NCBI GenBank assembly: GCA_016206145.1 | Contig: JACQSA010000005.1 | Location: forward strand, 1-42,735 | Reading direction: 5' to 3' | DNA length: 42,735 nucleotides | Source of the DNA: Candidatus Uhrbacteria bacterium | GTDB lineage: Bacteria; Patescibacteriota; Patescibacteriia; JACQRZ01 | Part shown: in pieces, positions 10,099-17,511 of the stretch | Layout: each line of letters starts with the position of its first letter | Position numbering within the stretch: position 1 is the stretch's first letter | The notes under the pieces: model-generated | Databases searched by the model: none | The model's input: only the letters and a program-made list of their open reading frames with translations | What the model was told of the DNA's origin: nothing | Translations under genes and position numbers: made by a program

Positions 10099-10220
10099 CT
10101 TCCGGCTCCTTTCTGCCCAATTTCACCCGGAAATTGCGCTGAACTCCTCAAAATATCTCGATATTCCTCCTCATTCATCATCAATTTCCGGACAAAATCT
10201 GATCAGGAATGACCGGGAAG
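10099..10220 (-). ncRNA. candidate structured RNA, copy A (unclassified family; paralog at 36760-36882)
   Basis: Three helices are shared with copy B: an outer CTTCCGG/CCGGGAAG helix; helix 2 at 10125-10136 with 10182-10193; and a hairpin at 10050-10067 style position (10150-10167). Helices 2 and 3 differ from copy B by compensatory changes. Helix-end A-C mismatches on the + strand become G-U pairs on the - strand. Confidence 0.45.
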
Positions 10221-10239
10221 CTATTTTGAAAAAGGTCAT

Positions 10240-11229
10240 ATGAAGAGCCATTCCGTCGTCATTAGCCTTGTGGTATACAACGGCGAACCCTATCTTAAGA
10301 AATGCTTGGAGAGTATACACGCTCAAATCTATACTGATTACTCGCTTGTAATCGTAGACAATGCTTCCATAGATAATTCTCGAGAGCTGATACGGCAGTA
10401 TGGAGCACGTGCAACCGTGATTTTTCAAAACGAGAATATCGGTTTTTCGCGTGCGCATAATCATGTAATTCGCGCCAGTAATTCGGATTTTATTTTTATA
10501 CTCAATCAGGACTGCGTGCTTTCACCTGACTATATTGAGAGGTGTGTTGCGGTACTCAAAGAAGGTGATATGCGCGCAAGTGTTACCGGCAGTTTGGTGA
10601 GGATAGATCGGTTGACCAATTTGTCTGGGAATGGTATGATAGACACCCTCGGGTTATGCATTCATCGCACATTTCACATCGCAAATATCGGATCAGGGCT
10701 TCCGATAGAACGGATTCCCAAACGCCCGTTTCAGGTCTTTGGGGTGAGCGCGACGGCTGCGCTCTATCGTCGAAAATCGCTTGCGGATGTGGCGCACCAT
10801 GCAACCCAGGAAGAATATTTTGATGAAGATTTTTTTATGTATAAGGAAGATGTAGACCTCGCGTTTCGGCTTCACCACGGAGGTTTTAGTTCGTGGTGTG
10901 AGCCGCGCGCGCGCGGATATCATGTGCGTTCGACCGAATCCAGGCTTTTTGTCCGCGCAAATCCATTTATCAATACGCGGTCGTATCAAAACCATCTACT
11001 TTTTTTAATGAAGAATATGACGTGGCCTCTTATGTGGAGATACGGTTTATTTATTGTGCTTTATGAAATTGCAAAAATATGCTATCTGGCGGTATGGGAG
11101 CCATCAACACTTCAAACCCTTTCGAGTGCATGGAAACTGCGGCACAAGATGAAGCGCAAACGGCCGCATAACGCACGGTACGCACACCCGCTTTCATTCG
11201 GATGTAAAGCTTTTCCTCATGCAAATTGA
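10240..11229 (+). CDS. family-2 glycosyltransferase
   Basis: VVISLVVYNGEPYLKKCLESIHAQ...IVDNASIDNS...NIGFSRAHN...DEDFFMYKEDVDLAFR is a typical GT2 (rhamnosyltransferase-like) core. Confidence 0.8.
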   Translation: MKSHSVVISLVVYNGEPYLKKCLESIHAQIYTDYSLVIVDNASIDNSRELIRQYGARATVIFQNENIGFSRAHNHVIRASNSDFIFILNQDCVLSPDYIERCVAVLKEGDMRASVTGSLVRIDRLTNLSGNGMIDTLGLCIHRTFHIANIGSGLPIERIPKRPFQVFGVSATAALYRRKSLADVAHHATQEEYFDEDFFMYKEDVDLAFRLHHGGFSSWCEPRARGYHVRSTESRLFVRANPFINTRSYQNHLLFLMKNMTWPLMWRYGLFIVLYEIAKICYLAVWEPSTLQTLSSAWKLRHKMKRKRPHNARYAHPLSFGCKAFPHAN

Positions 11230-12028
11230 CGTTTCTATTGTTCTTGTGAATTACTGTGCGCGGGGATTGGTGCGCGAGTGTATCAAGGGGCTAAAGCGGC
11301 TTACTACAAATCTTAGGTTGGAGATCATTGTTGTTGACAATAGCAACGATAAGCAACTTGCGGATTTATTAGCTGAACGGTTTGGTGACGTGAAGTATAT
11401 TCCCATGCAGACGAATGTGGGATTTGCCCGCGCGAATAATATGGGAATCAGCCACTCGGGCGGGAAATACATCCTCATTCTCAATTATGATATCACGCCG
11501 CTTCCCGACTCCCTCGACACGCTGGTATCTTATATGGATGTACATCCTCAGACAGGGATCGTAGGCCCGCAGCTTCTCAACCCCGACGGCACAACACAAA
11601 ATTCCTGCTATCGTTTTCATTCTCTTGTGACGCCATTTTTGCGCAGGACATGGTTTGGAAAAATATGGAAAGGAAAAAGACATATTGATCGTTTCTTGAT
11701 GCGCGACACTCTCATTGGTCAACCGACTGACGTAGATTGGTTATTGGGAGCCTGCCTGCTCGTGCGCGCATCATGCATTGCGGATGTGGGGTTGATGGAT
11801 GAGCGGTTTTTCCTGTATTTTGAAGATACGGACTGGTGCAGGCGTTTTTGGGATGCGGGCTATAAGGTCAAATATGTCCCGGACGCGAAGATGATCCATT
11901 TGCACAGGCGAGATTCGGCACAGGGCGGCGCTCTTGCGGTTATTTTTCATTCATCAACCCGTATCCATATCGCGAGTTGGATCAAATATATTCTTAAGTG
12001 GAGAAACAATGGAAAACACATTGCATGA
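11219..12028 (+). CDS. family-2 glycosyltransferase
   Basis: VSIVLVNY...IIVVDNSNDKQ...NVGFARANN...DERFFLYFEDTDWCRR. It overlaps the upstream GT2 gene by 11 nt. Confidence 0.8.
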   Translation: MQIDVSIVLVNYCARGLVRECIKGLKRLTTNLRLEIIVVDNSNDKQLADLLAERFGDVKYIPMQTNVGFARANNMGISHSGGKYILILNYDITPLPDSLDTLVSYMDVHPQTGIVGPQLLNPDGTTQNSCYRFHSLVTPFLRRTWFGKIWKGKRHIDRFLMRDTLIGQPTDVDWLLGACLLVRASCIADVGLMDERFFLYFEDTDWCRRFWDAGYKVKYVPDAKMIHLHRRDSAQGGALAVIFHSSTRIHIASWIKYILKWRNNGKHIA

Positions 12029-13886
12029 ATCACGAGGAGAGGCATTGAAGGGTTTTTTCATTTTATTTTTTCTTGTGGTGGTAGGAGGAGGAGTTCTTCT
12101 TGCGTTTCAGACATGGAAGACCGTTGGCAAAATCGAAGTGCTTGGAGTGTCTGCGTACACGCATCTCTCACACGCAGCCGAGGAATTTGTGCCGGAAAAT
12201 TTCACATTGGCAAAGCAAGAATTGGAAGGAGCAAAACATGATATTGATGAAATTGTACGTTTGCTTGGAGGCGTATCGTATTTGCGATATGTGCCATTTT
12301 GGTCTTCACGATATGAATCACTGTATTCTTTTTCGCGTATTGTACAGCAGTTTATTGATACCGGCGTACAACTTTCAAGCCTTGTTGAGCATATTTCAGA
12401 GCCGATACGCGCCACTGACGGGACCATTACTATCACGCGAATGTCAGATGAGGATAAGCGAGTGGTACTCGAAAGGACTGTGCAATCAATTCCTCGTTTG
12501 CAAAGTATGCGTGCGACATTACAAATTCTTGGTAGCACATTGCGCGGTATTTCTGACGATGCCTTGGAAAAAGTTCTTGTTCCTATTAAAAGCGATCTGC
12601 TCGCGAAGGGAGATTATATTACTTACACCATAGATCAAGCGCTTCCTCTTCTTGAAGTGATTCCACTTTTTGTGGGATACAACAAAGAAAAAGAGTATCT
12701 CTTGCTTCTTCAAGATCCGACAGAATTGAGGCCGACAGGAGGTTTAATCGAGATGTACTCCCTCCTTCGTGTAAAGGATGCGGCAATTCTCTCTCTTCGT
12801 TCTGAAAAAACATACGGTGACATACGAGGATCCGGATTTGCAAGATTGCCCGCACTTGCGGAATTTACCGCGCAAGAAATTCCAGGGGGATTTTTGCAAG
12901 ACACAAATTGGCAAAGCGATTTTTCTAAAAGCGCACAGCACGCCGTAGAGGCATTCCGTAGCGCAGAGGGCGGCGATATTGACGGCGTGATTGGTGTGAC
13001 GCCCGAATTCTTTATCTCACTCCTTCGCATGACAGGAGATATCCGCATTGGAGATACAGTGTGGTCAAGTACGCGCTTTATTGATGAGCTCCATGGCCAA
13101 CTTGCAAGCGGGTCGCCTCCTCTTGGAAAACTTACTCGAGCCATTATTGATGCAGTCAACGGTATGAAATTTCAAAAGATTTACGACGTGACCAAACTCG
13201 TGGAAGCTCGCTTGAATGAAAAGCATATTCTGTTATGGTTTTCAGATCCGAAACTGAATGAATTTGCAAAATCGAACAACTGGACAGGTGAGATACGCGC
13301 CACTGGCGGGGATTTTATGATGATTACTGATGGCAATGTAGGGAGTAAAAAGACAGATCCGTTTATCCAGCGCACTGTCACAAGGGATATTGTGGAAGAT
13401 GAACTTGATAATCTTACTGTGTCACTTGAAATCCTCTACCGTAATAATGCCACTATTACCCCCTCCACGGACCGCTATCGCGACCATATAGAAGTGATAG
13501 TCCCGGAAGGGAGTCAGCTGCTTCGATCGGTTGGATTCCGAAAGAATGATGAGGGACGCGAAGAAGGACAGGTGGATGTACGCGATGCGCAAGGATATAC
13601 TGTGTTTGAGGGATTTACTGTGGTGGAGCCTTTTCAAAACCAGAAGATTCAGCTAGAGTACCGATTGCCAAAACGCCTTGCGAAAAAAATTTTGAATAAG
13701 GGAACGTATTCGTTTTTTGTCCAAAAACAGCCAGGGTCTATGCAAAATCTTACGGCGACATTTTTTTTCAAAAAACCGGTTAAAAGTTTTACAAACGGCG
13801 GATTCTTTACTCAGAAGGCCGGGGGTGCCGGAGTTCAATTTCAAACAGATTTGCGCGTTGACCGAGAATTTCATATTCAGTTTTGA
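12009..13886 (+). CDS. DUF4012-domain envelope protein
   Basis: N-terminal TM (FFILFFLVVVGGGVLLAF) and the DUF4012-like core YLLLLQDPTELRPTGGLI. The start is moved to the ATG at 12009 (MENTLHE); the upstream part of the track ORF overlaps the GT2 gene. Confidence 0.7.
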   Translation: MENTLHESRGEALKGFFILFFLVVVGGGVLLAFQTWKTVGKIEVLGVSAYTHLSHAAEEFVPENFTLAKQELEGAKHDIDEIVRLLGGVSYLRYVPFWSSRYESLYSFSRIVQQFIDTGVQLSSLVEHISEPIRATDGTITITRMSDEDKRVVLERTVQSIPRLQSMRATLQILGSTLRGISDDALEKVLVPIKSDLLAKGDYITYTIDQALPLLEVIPLFVGYNKEKEYLLLLQDPTELRPTGGLIEMYSLLRVKDAAILSLRSEKTYGDIRGSGFARLPALAEFTAQEIPGGFLQDTNWQSDFSKSAQHAVEAFRSAEGGDIDGVIGVTPEFFISLLRMTGDIRIGDTVWSSTRFIDELHGQLASGSPPLGKLTRAIIDAVNGMKFQKIYDVTKLVEARLNEKHILLWFSDPKLNEFAKSNNWTGEIRATGGDFMMITDGNVGSKKTDPFIQRTVTRDIVEDELDNLTVSLEILYRNNATITPSTDRYRDHIEVIVPEGSQLLRSVGFRKNDEGREEGQVDVRDAQGYTVFEGFTVVEPFQNQKIQLEYRLPKRLAKKILNKGTYSFFVQKQPGSMQNLTATFFFKKPVKSFTNGGFFTQKAGGAGVQFQTDLRVDREFHIQF

Positions 13887-13898
13887 TTCTTACCACAC

Positions 13899-14909
13899 AT
13901 GTTTGCAAAAAAGGTTGGCATAGATTTAGGCACAACGAACGTCTTAGTGCATATTCCAAAAAAGGGGATCGTTATCAACGAGCCTTCTGTTGTTGCTATT
14001 TCCACTATTGATCGTAAAGTACTGGCGGTCGGGAGGGATGCCAAGGAAATGTTGGGCCGCACACCGGACACAATCGTTGCGTATCGTCCCCTCAAAGATG
14101 GCGTGATTGCCGATTACCGCACCACAGAGGCAATGCTTCGATATTTTATTAACAAGGCAATTGGGGGAGTGCGTCTTTTTCGGCCAGAGGTGATGGTGGC
14201 AGTGCCTGCGGGGATAACTTCTACAGAACGAAGAGCTGTCATTGACGCAACTCTTGCCGCCGGAGCAAAGGCCGCCTATATCATCAAAGAACCGATTGCC
14301 GCAGCGATTGGCGCAAATATCCCGATTGGAAATGCATCCGGACACATGATTATGGATATCGGCGGCGGCACTTCCGAAATTGCAGTCATATCTTTGGGAG
14401 GTATTGTTGCTTCGTCTTCTGTGCGCATCGGAGGAAATAAATTTGACCTTGGAATTGTTGAGCATATTCGCAAGAAATTTGGTCTTGCCATTGGTGATCG
14501 TACTGCAGAAGAAGTGAAGATCACTATAGGATCTGCGTTGTATCTCGAAGAAAAACTTAGTATGGAGGTGAGAGGTCGTGATAATGTTACGGGATTGCCA
14601 AAGACTATTTCTATCACTTCAGATGATGTGACAGACGCTGTTTCCAATGAGCTTGATGGTATTATTTCCGCCCTTAAAGGTGTATTGCAAAATACTCCGC
14701 CAGAACTTGCGGCTGATATTATTGATCGAGGTATTATTATGTCAGGAGGCACGTGTCTTTTACGTAATTTTGACCAGCTTGTTGCACGCGCTACGGGTAT
14801 CCCTGCATACGTCGCGGATCAGGCATTATTGTGTGTCGCAAAAGGCACTGGCATTGTCCTTGAGAATCTCGATGCGTACAAGAGAAGTATTTTAGCGACC
14901 AAGTCGTAA
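13899..14909 (+). CDS. mreB: rod-shape-determining actin homolog MreB
   Basis: VGIDLGTTNVLV, DGVIADY, EPIAAAIGA, DIGGGTSEIAVISLGG and IIMSGGTCLLRNFD. Confidence 0.92.
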   Translation: MFAKKVGIDLGTTNVLVHIPKKGIVINEPSVVAISTIDRKVLAVGRDAKEMLGRTPDTIVAYRPLKDGVIADYRTTEAMLRYFINKAIGGVRLFRPEVMVAVPAGITSTERRAVIDATLAAGAKAAYIIKEPIAAAIGANIPIGNASGHMIMDIGGGTSEIAVISLGGIVASSSVRIGGNKFDLGIVEHIRKKFGLAIGDRTAEEVKITIGSALYLEEKLSMEVRGRDNVTGLPKTISITSDDVTDAVSNELDGIISALKGVLQNTPPELAADIIDRGIIMSGGTCLLRNFDQLVARATGIPAYVADQALLCVAKGTGIVLENLDAYKRSILATKS

Positions 14910-14935
14910 TGCGTCGTTTTTTATACAAATGCGTA

Positions 14936-14965
14936 TTGACAGCAAGTTTATCTTAGGATAAACTT
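14936..14965 (+). promoter_or_regulatory. sigma70-type promoter with overlapping palindromic operator (TA operon)
   Basis: TTGACA (14936-14941), a 17-nt spacer, then TAAACT (14959-14964). A perfect 9-bp palindrome, AAGTTTATC-TTAG-GATAAACTT (14944-14965), spans the spacer and the -10. This layout is typical of antitoxin autoregulation. Confidence 0.6.
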
Positions 14966-14993
14966 AGCGGCAATAAGGCATCATAAGAATGGT

Positions 14994-15209
14994 ATGAAAA
15001 ATATCGTTGGACTCAAGGAATTACGCGAAAATATGGATACCTATGCCTCACGTGTCAGGAGAGGGGAATCTTTTGTAGTTGTAAGGAAATCAAAACCTCT
15101 TTTTAGTATTAATCCCGTAGAGATCGAGGAGATGTGGGAGACTATTATTGATTTTTCGAAGATCAAGAAGGGAGGGGTGCGAATTGAAGATATACTGAAA
15201 AAGCTCTAG
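14994..15209 (+). CDS. type II antitoxin, Phd/YefM-like
   Basis: 71 aa. The N-terminus VGLKELRENMDTYASRVRRGESFVVVRKSKPLF matches the Phd/YefM pattern, and the gene sits 8 nt upstream of a RelE-like gene. Confidence 0.75.
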   Translation: MKNIVGLKELRENMDTYASRVRRGESFVVVRKSKPLFSINPVEIEEMWETIIDFSKIKKGGVRIEDILKKL

Positions 15210-15216
15210 CCCTTCT

Positions 15217-15459
15217 ATGGATAAGATACAAAAAGCCCTGCGTAAACTCAGTGATACACAGAGAGCTTTTGTGAAAGAAATCCTTGATAAGCTTCACGCA
15301 AACAAGACCCAAGGACTTGATATCGCAAAACTGAAAGACCATTACAATATCTATCGGGTTCGTAAAGGTAGAGTAAGAATTATATTTCGTATTGAAAATA
15401 CTACGATCTATTTATTAAAAATAGATCGTCGGAGCGACACTACCTATAACAAATTTTGA
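15217..15459 (+). CDS. type II toxin, RelE/ParE superfamily
   Basis: 80 aa. ...YRVRKGRVRIIFRIENTTIYLLKIDRRSDTY is the characteristic RelE/ParE C-terminal strand pattern. Confidence 0.7.
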   Translation: MDKIQKALRKLSDTQRAFVKEILDKLHANKTQGLDIAKLKDHYNIYRVRKGRVRIIFRIENTTIYLLKIDRRSDTTYNKF

Positions 15460-15465
15460 GAAATT

Positions 15466-15495
15466 GAGTCTATAGAAAATTGATTCTACAGACTC
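15466..15495. repeat. intergenic hairpin repeat, family H, copy 1
   Basis: GAGTCTATAGAA-AATTGA-TTCTACAGACTC forms a 12-bp stem with one A-C mismatch (G-U on the - strand). The arms match the hairpin at 33537-33570 and the inverted-repeat arms at 36721-36745 and 36884-36908. Confidence 0.6.
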
Positions 15496-15614
15496 CCTTC
15501 CGAGGTGTCAAAGGCGGCAATTGAGGGATCGAGTCCTTAGAATAAAGATTTGCACTGTGTGCAAATTATGCGAAAGCCACACCACTTTGAAGTAAGATGT
15601 GTTCACACATTATT

Positions 15615-15643
15615 TTGACAGAACGAATAATCGCATGTACTAT
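15615..15643 (+). promoter_or_regulatory. sigma70-type promoter for the MNT-HEPN operon
   Basis: TTGACA (15615-15620), a 17-nt spacer, then TACTAT (15638-15643), ending 25 nt upstream of the ATG at 15668. Confidence 0.5.
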
Positions 15644-15667
15644 TGAGTACGTAAGAAATTTACTTCT

Positions 15668-16003
15668 ATGCTTCAAAAAAATCGTAAAAAAATTGAAAAG
15701 ATTACAAAAAAAATTATTGCACAGTATAAACCCGAAAAGATCGTTTTGTTTGGCTCTTATGCATGGGGCGCGCCTCAGATAGACAGTGATGTTGATTTGC
15801 TGGTGATTAAAAATACGAACGCATCTCTTCTTGATCGTGAGAGAGAACTCAGAACAATCTTATGGGGAAGTGGATCTCCTACAGATTTACTTATATATAC
15901 CCCAAGTGAACTTAAGCGGAGTATGACTATTAAAAATAATTTGTTTATCAAAGATATCGTTGCACGAGGTTTGACATTATATGCAAAGAACCCAGTACGT
16001 TGA
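15668..16003 (+). CDS. minimal nucleotidyltransferase (MNT), putative type VII antitoxin
   Basis: LFGSYAWGAPQIDSDVDLLV is the GS-x-G...DxD pol-beta-fold NTase motif. 111 aa, overlapping the downstream HEPN gene by 23 nt. Confidence 0.8.
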   Translation: MLQKNRKKIEKITKKIIAQYKPEKIVLFGSYAWGAPQIDSDVDLLVIKNTNASLLDRERELRTILWGSGSPTDLLIYTPSELKRSMTIKNNLFIKDIVARGLTLYAKNPVR

Positions 16004-16367
16004 CCTTTGGATTATTCGTGCTTCTGAGGATATTGATGCAGCCGAAGCCCTACTAGAAGCAGGAGGTCCATGGAATCCAATTTGTTTTCACGCACAACAA
16101 GCTGCGGAGAAATATCTCAAGGCTTTCCTTGCTTTCCATAATAAAAACGTCGGTAAAATTCATCAGCTTGATTCCCTTGCTTCCGATTGCGAGTTGATTG
16201 ATAAAGAATTTATCACATTGCGTGAAGATGCAATTCATCTCACACATTTTTATATCAGCACTCGTTATCCTGCCGATATTCCAACCTACGGTAAAACTGA
16301 CGCGAAACATGCGCTTGAGGCCGCAAGAAGAATAAGTGAATTCGTAAGCAAGAAGATTGTGAAGTAG
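15981..16367 (+). CDS. HEPN-domain protein, putative toxin partner of MNT
   Basis: Helical 128-aa protein with AQQAAEKYLKAFL and YISTRYP motifs of the PF05168-type HEPN domain. A clear Rx4-6H RNase motif is not evident. Confidence 0.75.
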   Translation: MQRTQYVDLWIIRASEDIDAAEALLEAGGPWNPICFHAQQAAEKYLKAFLAFHNKNVGKIHQLDSLASDCELIDKEFITLREDAIHLTHFYISTRYPADIPTYGKTDAKHALEAARRISEFVSKKIVK

Positions 16368-16389
16368 ATAAGATGTATACTTACTTCAC

Positions 16390-17511
16390 ATGACCATCGG
16401 CATTGACGCATCCCGAGCGTTTCGGGGAAAAAAGACGGGTACTGAATGGTATTCGTATCATGTGATACAAGAGATTGTCCGACAAAACCAGTCTGATTTG
16501 ATTGTATTATATGTCGATCGAAAAGTTACTTCAGAGGAGATCGGATTTGATATCCCACAATCGGTAAAAATCAAGTACCTTGGTTGGCCCATAAGAAGAT
16601 TGTGGACTCAAGGAAGATTATCACTTGAGATGTTGATCCATTCCCCAGATGTACTTTTTGTACCTTCGCATGCGATCCCATTGATTCATCCAAAAAAAAC
16701 AGTTACGACGATTCACGATGTCGGTTTTTTACAATACCCGGAATCATATTCGCAAAAGGATTTACGCTATCTCCAGTGGTCTACTCAGTACGCGGTGGAG
16801 AACGCATCATCTCTGATAACAGTTTCCGAATTTAGCAAACGCGAGCTCATTTCTCATTACCGTGCATCGCAACAAAAGATTCATGTAATACACCTTGGGT
16901 ATGACGAAGACATATATCATCCTTACCCGCAAGATGAGATTTTGCCAGTGCAAAAGAAATATCATCTCCATACTCCATACCTTCTGTGTATCGCGCGTCT
17001 AGAATCACGGAAAAATATCCCATTTTTTATTGACGTCTTTGATGTCATGAAAGAAAATGGATACGCAGGCGAGTTTGTATTGATTGGACAAGAAGGATAT
17101 GACGCGAAAAAGATTCTTAATCGCATCAAGGCAAGCCCCTTCGCATCGTCAATTCACTATCTTGGCTGGATCGAGGAAAAAGAAAAAGCCACTCTTCTTT
17201 CAGGCGCCGATTGTCTTGTATTCCCAAGTCTCTACGAAGGATTCGGTCTACCATTATTAGAAGCTCAAGGATGTGGCATACCGGTGATCACATCAAATAC
17301 AACCTCTCTTCCTGAAGTAGGCGGGGATGGCGCGTTGTATTGTAATCCTACTGTTATCTCTGAATGGGTGGAGAAGTTTCAGAACATAATGGCAGATGCA
17401 GATCTAAAAGACAGTATGCGGCAAAAAGGGTTTGAAAATATAAAACGTTTTTCTTGGCAGGAGACAGCCGCACAAACGCTGAAAATTATAGTCATGAATT
17501 TGTATGCGTAA
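16390..17511 (+). CDS. family-4 (GT-B) glycosyltransferase
   Basis: C-terminal EGFGLPLLEAQGCGIPVITSNTTSLPEVGGDGALY is the E-x7-E GT4 signature region. TATACT at 16376-16381 lies 8 nt before the ATG. Confidence 0.85.
   Translation: MTIGIDASRAFRGKKTGTEWYSYHVIQEIVRQNQSDLIVLYVDRKVTSEEIGFDIPQSVKIKYLGWPIRRLWTQGRLSLEMLIHSPDVLFVPSHAIPLIHPKKTVTTIHDVGFLQYPESYSQKDLRYLQWSTQYAVENASSLITVSEFSKRELISHYRASQQKIHVIHLGYDEDIYHPYPQDEILPVQKKYHLHTPYLLCIARLESRKNIPFFIDVFDVMKENGYAGEFVLIGQEGYDAKKILNRIKASPFASSIHYLGWIEEKEKATLLSGADCLVFPSLYEGFGLPLLEAQGCGIPVITSNTTSLPEVGGDGALYCNPTVISEWVEKFQNIMADADLKDSMRQKGFENIKRFSWQETAAQTLKIIVMNLYA

Noticed and set aside
10099-10120. A plus-strand riboswitch or leader with an anti-SD-like CTCCTTTCT, controlling the downstream GT2/bPH genes.
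   Set aside because: This is not fully rejected. However, on the plus strand the helix ends are A-C mismatches, whereas they are G-U on the minus strand, and I know of no riboswitch with this architecture. It is kept as the alternative in the finding.
10136-10185. A small protein encoded on the minus strand by the repeated core: MMNEEEYRDILRSSAQFPGEIG... in copy A and MMNTEEYWSILTSLATFWGEIG... in copy B.
   Set aside because: The two copies differ by a 1-nt indel after GGG that shifts the frame, yet the downstream nucleotides (AAAGGAGCCGGAAG) stay conserved. Most non-synonymous differences are the paired helix changes, and one helix partner lies outside the ORF. Conservation is therefore at the RNA/DNA level. 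A dual function is not strictly excluded.
10171-10185. Box C/D-like AUGAUGA ... CUGA (k-turn) and hammerhead-like UGAUGA/GAAA motifs in the minus-strand reading of the core.
   Set aside because: The CUGA is present only in copy B (UUGA in A) and is not adjacent to the closing helix as a C/D k-turn requires. The hammerhead core needs CUGANGA and here the C is A. Both look like chance resemblance.
13944-14752. Long antisense ORFs inside well-supported genes. Examples are 13944-14465 and 14276-14752 opposite mreB, 2247-2813 and 2608-3150 opposite gpmI, 5829-6365 opposite pepA and 12710-13159 opposite the DUF4012 gene.
   Set aside because: They fully overlap genes with strong family motifs on the other strand. 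Their products are low-complexity or Cys/Arg/Ser-rich with no recognisable motifs. These are typical shadow ORFs.
15500-15540. A tRNA-like T-arm (GGGATCGAGTCC) in the TA spacer.
   Set aside because: The best stem (AGGGA/TCCTT) leaves a 5-nt loop rather than the 7-nt T-loop. No acceptor, D or anticodon arms can be folded around it.
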